From Desulfobacteraceae bacterium UBA4064 (GTDB taxonomy: Bacteria; Desulfobacterota; Desulfobacteria; Desulfobacterales; Desulfatirhabdiaceae): DNA of 49,694 nucleotides. This document shows, in pieces, positions 17,434 through 26,991 of the stretch. The notes beneath the pieces were generated by a model, which saw only the letters and a program-made list of their open reading frames with translations, was not told the origin of the DNA and ran no database searches. The stretch lies in NCBI GenBank assembly GCA_002382065.1, contig DFZE01000203.1, forward strand, positions 9,110 through 58,803, given 5' to 3'. The translations under genes were made by a program, and so were the position numbers. Position 1 is the first letter of the stretch, and every line of letters starts with the position of its first letter.

Positions 17434-19514
17434 GAGTCTCTCCTTTTCAGTTTGATCCGGCACGGTATTCCCTTTAAATCGGGTGTTCCAAACGCCTTTC
17501 CCAGTTGCCGGGTTTCGGTCAGCATGTTGTAGTTGGATCGGCGCCAGGATGCATCATTTTCCGGTTTTTCTTCCGGAAACCACCATCCATAGGCAGCCAG
17601 AAGCGTATCCACCCGGATGGCGCCGATGATGCGGGCTGTCTGGACCATATTTCCGGCAGCGGTTTCGATCTGTACCATATCGCCATCATGAATATCCGCT
17701 GCACCGGCTGTATCCGGATGAATCAGGCACACCGGAACCGGTTCTTCTTCCCGAAGGCCATCGATCCAGCGGTAGGATGAATGCAGATAACGGGGACTTT
17801 TGGCGCTGGTCAACAGCAGGGGATACTCCGGATCAATGGCTTTGGGAACAAATTCCGGAAGCACGGAAACTCCCCACTTTTCCGCCACATTCAGACTGAG
17901 TGCCACTTTTCCGGATTTGGTCTTGAAACCCGATGCCTCATATTTTTTAAATGATTCAGGGCCTTTCAGAAAACCTTTCTGACAGAATTCCTCAAACGTG
18001 ATTCCGGCCGGTGACAAAACCGCCTCCAGCATGGCCCGTTCATCATCAAACCAGTATTCCGGTTTGCTGAGCCGTTTTCCCAGGCTGTTGATGATTCGAA
18101 TGTCCGGCCAGCAGTCTTTCGGGGGTTCCACGATTTTTTTCCGGGCCAGAATGATGCCATGTCCCAGCCCGTAATGCCCGATATCGTCAAATTCAAACTG
18201 GGTTGCCGCCGGAAGCACAATATCCGCAAAATGGGCGGTTGGCGTCATGACCACCTCCGATACGGCAAAAAAATCCAGTCTGTTCAGCGCCTCCCGGGTC
18301 CGCAGACTGTCCGCATATCCCATCAGCGGATTGCAGCACTGCATATACGCGGCACGGACCGGATAGGGCTCGTTTTCCAGCACGGCCTTTCGAAAATAGG
18401 CTGCCGGTACGGTCATCAGCCTCGGAACCGTTCCAAAATGGGCATGAATCATTTCCGAAATTTTATCGGGAACCAGATCCGCCCGCACAAATGGCGCAAG
18501 CCCCAGAATCGGCGGGTCAAGGGCGTGGATATTGCCCCCCGGCACATCCAGGTTGCCGCAGATGGCCATCAGACAGATCAGGGCCCGGGTCGTGTCCCAG
18601 GTGCTGGCATGCTGTTCTATGGCGTTGCCCCAGGCAATGGCCGCGGGTCGGGTTTGGGCATAACATCGGGCGCTTTCCTGAATCAGCCGGGCATCGATGC
18701 CACAGATTTCCGATACCATTTCCGGCGAAAAGGATTTGCATCGGGCGGCCAGCGCATCAAATCCACTGGTCCATTTTTCCACAAATTCATGATCATAAAG
18801 ATTTTCGTGGATAATGACATGCAAAAATCCCAGGGCCAGGGCCGCATCGGTTCCCGGCCGGATTGGCAGCCAGTATCCGGCTTTTTGCGCCAGACGTGTC
18901 TGCCGGGGATCCACCACAATCAGTTGGCAGCCGTTTTTGATCTGATTCATCAGCAGACTGGAAATTTCACCTTCCTCGTTGGTATTTTGCGGATTGCCGC
19001 CCCAGACCAGGATAAGCCGTGAGTCATGATGAAAATCCGTCACGGGATAAAATCCGCAGGTGTGAAGACCACTGACCTCCCGGGGCGCATGGCACACATC
19101 CTGAACCGCAACCACATTGGGAGAACCAAAGGTATGGGCCAGACGGATCAGGGCAAAATGCTCAAGCCCCTTGGGCATGCCCTGGCAGAATGCAACAGCT
19201 TTGGCGCCATGATCATCCCGGATCCGGGACAGGTTGAGGCAGATCGTATTCAGGGCCTCCTCCCATGAGATGGTCTCCCATTTTCCGTCACCCCGTTTCC
19301 CGGCCCGTCTCATGGGAGTCTTCAGACGGTCGGGAGCATCAAGTTTCTGGTGGGAATGGCGGCCCTTGGTACAGATATAACCCTGGTTCAAAAAGCCATC
19401 CGGATCACCTTTTATCTGCACAATGCGTCCGTTCCGAACACCGACAGATATTGCACATCCGCCATGATCCATCCGGGAACAGTGAGTTTTGAACCATTTT
19501 ATGGTTTCAGTCAT
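17430..19514 (-). CDS. molybdopterin (bis-MGD) oxidoreductase catalytic subunit, DMSO reductase superfamily
   Basis: 694 aa with N-terminal IKGDPDGFLNQGYICTKGR and MopB-like core. The N-terminal Cys pattern C-x3-D-x3-C...C is not the canonical CxxCxxxC. AGGAG RBS. Confidence 0.8.
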   Translation of the reverse strand: MTETIKWFKTHCSRMDHGGCAISVGVRNGRIVQIKGDPDGFLNQGYICTKGRHSHQKLDAPDRLKTPMRRAGKRGDGKWETISWEEALNTICLNLSRIRDDHGAKAVAFCQGMPKGLEHFALIRLAHTFGSPNVVAVQDVCHAPREVSGLHTCGFYPVTDFHHDSRLILVWGGNPQNTNEEGEISSLLMNQIKNGCQLIVVDPRQTRLAQKAGYWLPIRPGTDAALALGFLHVIIHENLYDHEFVEKWTSGFDALAARCKSFSPEMVSEICGIDARLIQESARCYAQTRPAAIAWGNAIEQHASTWDTTRALICLMAICGNLDVPGGNIHALDPPILGLAPFVRADLVPDKISEMIHAHFGTVPRLMTVPAAYFRKAVLENEPYPVRAAYMQCCNPLMGYADSLRTREALNRLDFFAVSEVVMTPTAHFADIVLPAATQFEFDDIGHYGLGHGIILARKKIVEPPKDCWPDIRIINSLGKRLSKPEYWFDDERAMLEAVLSPAGITFEEFCQKGFLKGPESFKKYEASGFKTKSGKVALSLNVAEKWGVSVLPEFVPKAIDPEYPLLLTSAKSPRYLHSSYRWIDGLREEEPVPVCLIHPDTAGAADIHDGDMVQIETAAGNMVQTARIIGAIRVDTLLAAYGWWFPEEKPENDASWRRSNYNMLTETRQLGKAFGTPDLKGIPCRIKLKRRDS

Positions 19515-19804
19515 TTTTTCTCCTGAAGGTCAAACCGCCAACGTCACAGGGGCAAAACATACGAATCAATATACCGCCGGTTTCTGTATCATGCCTGACC
19601 GAATCATTCAAGCCGGTGTTGGTCCGGACCGGGCAATATTTTTCTTGCCGATTCTGGTCGTTGGTGTCTATTATCCGAACCAGATATCAGGGTGCAGGGG
19701 TCAGGGTGCAGGGAGATGGGCGATATGAATCATTCCGGTTCATCACACCTTACCGCTATCAACGTAAAACGTAAAACTTTTTACAGCATATTCGGAGTAT
19801 TCTT

Positions 19805-20592
19805 TTGGGAATTGCAGCAGATATCATCATTATTCTGGTTGCCGGACTCATCGGCGGACTGATCGCCCAAAAACTGAAACAACCCCTGATTATCGGATAT
19901 ATTCTGGTCGGAATCGCAGTTGGACCCTATACAGGCGGTGTATCGGTCACCAATATCCATGACATTGAACTGCTGTCTGAAATTGGTGTGGCGCTTCTCC
20001 TGTTTGCACTTGGCCTGGAGTTCTCGTTCCCGGTTTGCTTTTGATCACGGTTCCGTCAGAAATGACGGCCCGATCCATTGTCGAAACCGTCAGGCCCCTG
20101 AACCCGGACATACACAGTGTTGTTCGGGCTGAAAGCGCGGAACACATCCAGTCTTTTTATGACATCGGTGTATATATGGTGGTGCAGCCCGAACTGGAAG
20201 CGGGCCTGGAGATTGCCAGGCAGGCCCTGATTCACCTTCATATTCCGATCAATGTCATTCAGACCTATACCGATACGGTCAGACAAAAACTGTATGCATC
20301 ACCTTCCCGGGACAATTCCGATTATCAGGTCATCCAGCAGTTAAAAAATGCCAGGGACATGCTGGAAATGACCTGGGTTCATCTGCCGGAAAAAAATGCC
20401 ATCAATGGCAAATCAATCCGGGAACTGGATATCCGTCAAAAAACCGGCGCTTCCATTGTCGGTGTGATGCATGGAGGAGCGTTTATTCCAAACCCCGGGC
20501 CCGATTACCGCTTTGAGGGCCTGGATATGGTGGCCGTCATCGGCACTGCGGATAACCGGGAAGCATTCAACGATCTGGTGATGTCGGTTTAA
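19805..20592 (+). pseudogene. Kef-type (CPA2) cation:proton antiporter with a large internal deletion
   Basis: The first 75 aa match a CPA2 N-terminus ([15 protein letters not shown]...[20 protein letters not shown]) and then stop. In another frame the sequence continues directly with the end of a TrkA-N domain and a full TrkA-C/RCK_C domain (GKSIRELDIRQKTGASIVGV...). About 10 TM helices are missing. Confidence 0.7.
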
Positions 20593-20604
20593 CCAAGGAA
20601 CAAC

Positions 20605-21348
20605 ATGCGCATTTCCTATTCCGTTATCATTCCGGCATACAATGAACAGGCGTACCTGCATGCCACACTGCATGCCCTGCAACACGCCATGAGCCGATCC
20701 GACATGGCCGGAGAGGTTATTGTTGTCAACAACAATTCTCATGACAAAACAGCCGATGTTGCAGCGGAAATGGGCGCAACCGTCGTGTTTGAACCAATCA
20801 ATCAGATTTCCAGGGCCAGAAACACCGGCGCACGCGCCGCAAAAGGGCGTTATCTGATTTTTCTGGATGCGGATACCCTGATTTGTCCGGAGCTGCTCAA
20901 CACCGCACTCGGGAACCTTTCCAGCGGATCATGCTGTGGCGGCGGCGGCCGGGTGATGTTTCAGGGCGATCTGACGGGTTTTGCCAGATATGGGGCAAAA
21001 TTCTGGAACTGGATTGCCAGTCGCTTCCGGCTGGCTGCGGGGTGTTTTATTTATTGTCTGAAAGACGGGTTTGACGCGGTCGGCGGATTCAGCCAGAGCG
21101 TATATGCCAGTGAAGAGATCTGGTTTTCGAGACAATTGCAGGCATGGGGCAAAGAACAGGGCATGGATTTCAGAATTATCACCGATCCGCCGCTGCTGAC
21201 ATCGGACAGAAAGCTGCAATGGTTTTCTCCGCTTCAACTGATCGCTTTCGCCATCGTGTTTTTCGCCTTTCCGTTTGCCGTCCGGTTTCGCCCGCTATGC
21301 GTGTTCTGGTATGCCCGCTCTGCGCCCCGGCGCGGAACCGATAATTGA
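20605..21348 (+). CDS. family 2 glycosyltransferase
   Basis: YSVIIPAYNEQAYL, VVNNNSHDKTADVA, ARNTGARAAKGRYLIFLDADT. Confidence 0.8.
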   Translation: MRISYSVIIPAYNEQAYLHATLHALQHAMSRSDMAGEVIVVNNNSHDKTADVAAEMGATVVFEPINQISRARNTGARAAKGRYLIFLDADTLICPELLNTALGNLSSGSCCGGGGRVMFQGDLTGFARYGAKFWNWIASRFRLAAGCFIYCLKDGFDAVGGFSQSVYASEEIWFSRQLQAWGKEQGMDFRIITDPPLLTSDRKLQWFSPLQLIAFAIVFFAFPFAVRFRPLCVFWYARSAPRRGTDN

Positions 21349-21419
21349 TACTATTTTAGTAAACAATCATGAATCATTCCGAATGGAATCAATTTAAAAG
21401 CTATGGAATCAGATAAATC

Positions 21420-23774
21420 ATGCCCATAGACCGCAATCTGAAGCAAAAACGAAAACGGGAAGAAGCCCGAAAAAAAACGGCTCAGGAGCGGGAGCGGATC
21501 ATTCAACGTGACAAACTCGATGAGTACCACTACCTCATTTCCCAGGAGATGGGCCGGTCGAACTGGCAGGCCATTTTACCACTTGCCCTGAAAGGATTGA
21601 AAATATCGCCTTCGGACGACTATTTTTTTGAATATGCCTGCCAGGCCGCATCCCAAATGCGGGATGATAAAACCCTGTTGAAAATCCTGATCCAGGGATG
21701 GCGCTTCAATCAAATTCATATAACGCAACATGCCCTGGTTTTTGCGCAACTGCTGTTTGAGTATCAAAAGCAGGATGCAGAATTGCTTCGGGATGTTCTG
21801 ACAGCCATTCTGAAGGACCGGGACCGTTTTAAAACCCGTTTGAAAGCCCCGGAAAAAAAACAGGCTGAATATTTGCTGTTGGCTGTTCAACGCATCATAT
21901 CCGAGCGGGCGGCGGCTGCAATCAGTGCTGCCGCCAAACCCAAACCGGCCCGGTCGATTTCCACCGGAACCGAAGCGGAACGGAATCCCGCGGCAGCATC
22001 CGACACAAAACCGGTTGAAACACCACCGGAGGCTGAACCGCTACCCGATCCCGAGGTCCGATTTGACATCGATATAGCGGATTTTTTAAGCGTCATCGAT
22101 TCCGGGACCCAAAATGACATCCAGGCACTGAATCTGACGCTGGCCGCCTATCGTCTGGGATTTCGAAGTTCCTATGACCAGTTGATCTGTCTGGGCGCCC
22201 TGACCGGTGTGGAATCCTTCTGGCATCAGCAGGAAACCGCCCGCAAAGTACTCCGATCGTTTCGCGGCCGCGCCATTCTGGCCGATGAAGTGGGGCTGGG
22301 CAAAACCATTGAAGCCAGTCTGATTCTGAAGGAATATATGATGCGCGGTCTGGTCAAGTCCGCATTGATTCTGGCGCCCAGTTCCCTCATCAATCAGTGG
22401 AAAGAGGAACTGAAATCCAAATTCGATCTTGATTTTGCCGCATCAACCGACCCGGTTTTCCGGGAAAATCCGGATCGGTTCTGGCAGGCGCCCTATCTTC
22501 TGGTTTCGCTTCAGACCGCCCGGTCCAAAAGACGCATGGATGAGGTCTGCGCACGCCCGTATGACATGCTGATTGTTGACGAGGCCCATCATCTGAAAAA
22601 CCAGACAACCCAGAACTGGAAGCTGGTCAATGCCATTCAAAAAACCTTTTTGCTGCTCCTGACCGCAACACCGGTTCAAAACAACCTCGAAGAGCTGTAC
22701 AATCTCGTTACCCTGCTCAAACCGGGCCATCTGAAGACCCGAAAGGTATTCAAGGAGCAGTTTGTCGCCAGGGGAAATCCGACCGATCCCCAAAATCGGG
22801 AACGGCTCCGTGACCTGTTGAAGGAAGTCATGGTCCGAAATACCCGATCGGCTTCCCGGATCCGGCTCCCGCCCCGTTTTGCCACCACGACAAAAATTGC
22901 TTCTTCTCCAGAAGAAACCATGTTTTATCAGGAACTCAGCCAGTTTGCATCAACGGTTGCCGCCATGAGTGCGCCGCCACTGAACCGGATGGTGCTTCGA
23001 AAACTTCTGGAAGCCGCCGGATCTTCCCATGCCGCGGCTCTTGCCATGCTGGAGCGCATTGACCTGTCCCGCCTGGATACCGATATCGGGTCCCGAATAA
23101 AAAACCTGGTGAAACTGGGTAAATCGATCCGGGAAAGCGCAAAGGCCGCACAGGTTCTTCAATTTCTGCAGGCAACCTCCGATCAGAAAATTGTCTTTGT
23201 CAATCACCTGGCCACATTATCCCATATTCACGATCTGATTCAGCGCCGGGGCATTTCCTGTACCGTGTATCAGGGATCCATGACCGCCGATCAGAAAAGC
23301 GCATCCATTCAGTCGTTTCGGGAGGGCCGCCGGGTCTTGCTGGCTACCGGAAGCGGCGGTGAGGGTCACAACCTTCAGTTTTGCCATGTTTTGATCAATT
23401 ATGACCTGCCCTGGAATCCGATGGAAATTGAGCAGCGCATTGGCAGGCTGCACCGGATCGGCCAGGAAAACCCGGTATCGGTGTACAATTTCTGCCAGAG
23501 CGGAACCGTCGAGGATGAAATCCTGGAAATTCTGGATAAAAAAATCAACATGTTCGAGCTGGTTGTCGGCGAAATTGACATGATCCTGGGCCGGCTTCAG
23601 GGCGACCAGGAATTCAGCGACATGGTCTATGACCTGTGGGTAACCCATCCCGAAGAAGCCGAGCGGAAAAAGGCATTCAATGCACTGGCGGCACGGATCA
23701 AACGGGCCAGAACCGCGTATGAAAGCAGCAAGGAACTGGATGAAAAACTCTTTCAGGAAGATTTTGGAGTATAA
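21420..23774 (+). CDS. SNF2-family helicase/translocase with ~270-aa N-terminal extension
   Basis: ILADEVGLGKTIEA (motif I), LIVDEAHHLKN (II), LLLTATPVQNNLEELYNL (III), and C-terminal helicase motifs GGEGHNLQ and QRIGRLHRIGQ. Confidence 0.85.
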   Translation: MPIDRNLKQKRKREEARKKTAQERERIIQRDKLDEYHYLISQEMGRSNWQAILPLALKGLKISPSDDYFFEYACQAASQMRDDKTLLKILIQGWRFNQIHITQHALVFAQLLFEYQKQDAELLRDVLTAILKDRDRFKTRLKAPEKKQAEYLLLAVQRIISERAAAAISAAAKPKPARSISTGTEAERNPAAASDTKPVETPPEAEPLPDPEVRFDIDIADFLSVIDSGTQNDIQALNLTLAAYRLGFRSSYDQLICLGALTGVESFWHQQETARKVLRSFRGRAILADEVGLGKTIEASLILKEYMMRGLVKSALILAPSSLINQWKEELKSKFDLDFAASTDPVFRENPDRFWQAPYLLVSLQTARSKRRMDEVCARPYDMLIVDEAHHLKNQTTQNWKLVNAIQKTFLLLLTATPVQNNLEELYNLVTLLKPGHLKTRKVFKEQFVARGNPTDPQNRERLRDLLKEVMVRNTRSASRIRLPPRFATTTKIASSPEETMFYQELSQFASTVAAMSAPPLNRMVLRKLLEAAGSSHAAALAMLERIDLSRLDTDIGSRIKNLVKLGKSIRESAKAAQVLQFLQATSDQKIVFVNHLATLSHIHDLIQRRGISCTVYQGSMTADQKSASIQSFREGRRVLLATGSGGEGHNLQFCHVLINYDLPWNPMEIEQRIGRLHRIGQENPVSVYNFCQSGTVEDEILEILDKKINMFELVVGEIDMILGRLQGDQEFSDMVYDLWVTHPEEAERKKAFNALAARIKRARTAYESSKELDEKLFQEDFGV

Positions 23775-23776
23775 CC

Positions 23777-24811
23777 ATGATACTGGATCCAGACCTGATT
23801 CAATTCACCACCCAATTTCTGGAAAAAAACGGCGCACTGGTCGATGCCCATCCCGATCATATCCATGCACTGCTTCCCGGTCATCTTGCCGACAGCCTGA
23901 ATCTTCCGGAAGAAACACGCCTGGGCAGCAATGAACACCCCCTGCTTTACGGCAGTCCTGTCCTGGACCGCCTGGTTCATGCCGCCACCAGCCGGATTCC
24001 GGTTACCTATGGCACGCTCAGCATTCCGTATATCAAAAAGGCCGGATTTGACGCGGCAATTGCCCAGGATTTGAGTTTTATCAACGCAAAATGCGAAGTC
24101 GGGGTCCGTGCAGAAACCCGAACATCCTACATGATCATCACCTGCAGCTATGTGGCACTGAGCGATGAACGAAAGGAAGGTCTGACACGCCTGACATTTC
24201 ACGAACCATCCGGCGCCGTTGTTGAAGATTTTGAGGATACCGTCACCGACTTCGAGTGCTCGTATTACCGGAAAGGCAATTTGCCGCCCCAATTTTCCAC
24301 CCGAATCGGATTGACACTTCAAAAGGCACTGAAATCGATTCATCATTCCATCGAACAGGACCTGGCCCCGTTTATCGCCAGCATGCGCAGAAGACTTCAT
24401 CGGGATGTCCTCAACACACGCGAGTATTATCAGTCGCTGGCCGATGAAATGCGCGCATCCCTGGCCCATCCCAACCTGAGCGATACCCAGCGCATGGAGC
24501 GGCAGGAAAAAATCGATGGACTGCAGGCCGAGGCCGATCGGAAAATATCGGATCTTCAGCATAAATATGACACCCGGATTCATGTTCGGGTCTGTGCCGG
24601 AGAGCGGTATCTGGTGGATGTCGCCCAACTGATTGTCACCATTTTATATCGGAAAGCCAGAAGAACCCTGCCTGTTTTTTACAACCCGGTCACCCGCCGA
24701 ATCGATCCGTTGGTCTGTGAAATCTGTGGCAAAACCATGCGGCGCATTTTTCTTCAGGATGGCAAAACCGGTGTGGTTCTGACGTGTCCGGAATGCAGCC
24801 GGAATCGATAA
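23777..24811 (+). CDS. hypothetical protein with C-terminal zinc ribbon, translationally linked to the SNF2 gene
   Basis: Starts 3 nt after the SNF2 stop, with GGAG upstream. C-terminus is CEICGKTMRRIF...LTCPECS. Central coiled-coil region. Confidence 0.55.
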   Translation: MILDPDLIQFTTQFLEKNGALVDAHPDHIHALLPGHLADSLNLPEETRLGSNEHPLLYGSPVLDRLVHAATSRIPVTYGTLSIPYIKKAGFDAAIAQDLSFINAKCEVGVRAETRTSYMIITCSYVALSDERKEGLTRLTFHEPSGAVVEDFEDTVTDFECSYYRKGNLPPQFSTRIGLTLQKALKSIHHSIEQDLAPFIASMRRRLHRDVLNTREYYQSLADEMRASLAHPNLSDTQRMERQEKIDGLQAEADRKISDLQHKYDTRIHVRVCAGERYLVDVAQLIVTILYRKARRTLPVFYNPVTRRIDPLVCEICGKTMRRIFLQDGKTGVVLTCPECSRNR

Positions 24812-24887
24812 AGATAAAGGATGAAGGCGGAAGGATGAAGGAGGAAACGGCGATGCCGCTGGTGCGGGATGGGAAGACCATAATGAC

Positions 24888-26129
24888 ATGACACCACAAT
24901 CCATTCGGGTCATTGCAGGCATCCTTCTGGCCGAAATCTGCAGCATGGCCGGATTTTCAACTTTTGCGGCCACGCTGGTGGAATTTTCCCGGTTGTGGGG
25001 GCTCAGTTCAACCGGGGCTGGCTGGATCAGCAGCGCGTATTTTATGGGATATGTTCTGGCTGTACCGGTTCTGGTGGGGTTGACCGACCGGATCGATTCG
25101 CGAAAAATTTATGTGGCCGGATCCGGTTTGGGGGTCATTGGCGGAATCGGCTTTGCCTATTTTGCCACAGACATGACAAGCGCGATGTTTTTTCGGGCAT
25201 TGTCCGGCATGTCGCTTGCCGGGACCTATATGCCGGGGCTGCGCATCCTGACCGAACGTCTCAGTACAAAAACACGGCTTCGCGTGGTGCCATATTATAC
25301 CGCCGCGTTCGGGGTCGGTGTCAGCCTGTCGTTTCTGATGAGCGGGTGGATTGAACAGGCATTCGACTGGCATATTGTCTTTATAACAGGCGGGCTGTTC
25401 TCTGTTGCGGCAGTTGTTCTGTTGTGGATCGGAACAGCCGGGATTCCCATATCCGACCCGATCCAGGCCCGACGTTCCAACCGGCATCCGCTGGATTTGC
25501 GTCCCGTGTTTGCCAATCGGGATGCACTGGCGTATATACTGGCCTATAGCGGCCACTGCTGGGAACTGTTCGCCCTTCGCGCCTGGCTTCCGGCATTTCT
25601 CCTGTTTGCATGGAACCAGTCACAAACCGGAGACCCCGGAACCGTTCTGACCCGGTGGTCCACCCTGATCGTGCTCATCGGGGTCCCGGCCAGCATCATT
25701 GGTGCAGCGGTTGCGTCCCAGCATGGACGACGGCGATTGATCAAAAAAATTGCAATTGCCAGCGTTGTGCTGGGTATTCTTGCCGGGCTGTCCGGAACCA
25801 TGCCGTTCTGGATTTGTGTAACGGTGCTGTTTGCCTACAACTTTGCCGTTACCGCAGATTCCGGTGCATTGACGACCGGAGCACTGGCAGCCTCGCTCCC
25901 GGGCGAGCAGGGCGCCACCCTTGCCGTTCATTCCATACTGGGGTTTATCGGCGGGGTCATCGGCCCTCTGGCGGTCGGGCTGGGCCTGGATATGGAAGGC
26001 GGTATCACCACGATCAATGCCTGGTACCTGGGTTTTCTGTTCATGGCGGCCGGATCGGGTGTTGCCGCGCTGGCTATTTTGATACTGGAGGGTCATGCGG
26101 GTGAAGCTTCCTTATTGAGACGTGAGTAG
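24888..26129 (+). CDS. MFS transporter
   Basis: About 12 predicted TM segments. GLTDRIDSRK loop between TM2 and TM3 (MFS signature-like). Confidence 0.8.
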   Translation: MTPQSIRVIAGILLAEICSMAGFSTFAATLVEFSRLWGLSSTGAGWISSAYFMGYVLAVPVLVGLTDRIDSRKIYVAGSGLGVIGGIGFAYFATDMTSAMFFRALSGMSLAGTYMPGLRILTERLSTKTRLRVVPYYTAAFGVGVSLSFLMSGWIEQAFDWHIVFITGGLFSVAAVVLLWIGTAGIPISDPIQARRSNRHPLDLRPVFANRDALAYILAYSGHCWELFALRAWLPAFLLFAWNQSQTGDPGTVLTRWSTLIVLIGVPASIIGAAVASQHGRRRLIKKIAIASVVLGILAGLSGTMPFWICVTVLFAYNFAVTADSGALTTGALAASLPGEQGATLAVHSILGFIGGVIGPLAVGLGLDMEGGITTINAWYLGFLFMAAGSGVAALAILILEGHAGEASLLRRE

Positions 26130-26991
26130 CCATTCGCATCTCCCGACCGTGAAAGATCTCCTTTTTCAATCGGATTGTATAGTTGATCGGTGCATGGTCG
26201 GAAAGGAATTCCGGAGGGTCGGTCAATCCCCGTATACTGCTGGATTCAGGGGCTGTACGCATATCATCCTGCAGACAGATCGGGATGCCTGCATGACAGA
26301 AATCAAATGGAATGGCGGAGGGTGGTACGGTTGTGATGATGTCACGGTTGTTTTCAAACCGGTAAATTCGTACATGTTTCAATGAATCTGCAAAAATGGA
26401 ATCCCCTGCTTTGGGCGCGCCAAACGTGTAAATTGCCTTGGCCGGAAACAGTGAGGCTGCCAGAATGGCCAATGCCCCTCCCAGGCTGTGGCCCGTAAAA
26501 TACAGGGGAAGATCGATGGTAAAAAGAATGGGTTCAATTTTCTGCCATAGCCCCAAAAAATCCGCCTTGAACCCGGTATGAACCGAACCACCCCTCGGCC
26601 AGCAGCTCTGGATTGCTTTCATATTGGACCACCATCCCTCAAACCCCGTGGTTCCCCGAAACACCAACGCCGCAAATGACCGGGCTGATCTGTTTTGTGA
26701 CCGGACCAGAGAACAATAATTGGTTCCGTTGGCAAACGTTTCGACTTCCTGAAGCCCCACGCCATGCAGAATTTCGCATCGGGTCGGAATTGGGGCGTCA
26801 GATCCACATTCCTGCGGACATTGTCTGTAAATCAACCGTGAAAGCTCACAAAGCCACCAGGCATTGATCAAGCTGCAATCCGACGCGTCTGTCTCGAACA
26901 ATGGCCGATGAAGAACATCGAAATACCGGCTGGATAACCAGGGGCGAAGCAGGGCATTCCATGAGGGGTCAATGGATTCTGTTTCTATCAT
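26074..26991 (-). CDS. class 3 lipase family alpha/beta-hydrolase
   Basis: Nucleophile elbow YFTGHSLGGALAILAASL. Start overlaps the upstream stop (ATGA). The 3' 56 nt overlap the convergent MFS gene. Confidence 0.7.
   Translation of the reverse strand: MIETESIDPSWNALLRPWLSSRYFDVLHRPLFETDASDCSLINAWWLCELSRLIYRQCPQECGSDAPIPTRCEILHGVGLQEVETFANGTNYCSLVRSQNRSARSFAALVFRGTTGFEGWWSNMKAIQSCWPRGGSVHTGFKADFLGLWQKIEPILFTIDLPLYFTGHSLGGALAILAASLFPAKAIYTFGAPKAGDSIFADSLKHVRIYRFENNRDIITTVPPSAIPFDFCHAGIPICLQDDMRTAPESSSIRGLTDPPEFLSDHAPINYTIRLKKEIFHGREMRMATHVSIRKLHPHDPPVSK

Noticed and set aside
20035-20044. The junction of the two Kef ORFs as a programmed frameshift or Sec site.
   Set aside because: The ORFs are in different frames with no slippery heptamer. 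Even when joined, the product would lack the entire transmembrane core, so a deletion pseudogene is the simpler explanation.
21420-24811. The SNF2 gene pair as part of a known defence system (DISARM-like, BREX-associated and similar).
   Set aside because: No methyltransferase, DUF1998, PLD or nuclease, or other signature partner lies within the flanking genes (GT2 upstream, MFS downstream). It is kept only as an open question in the findings.
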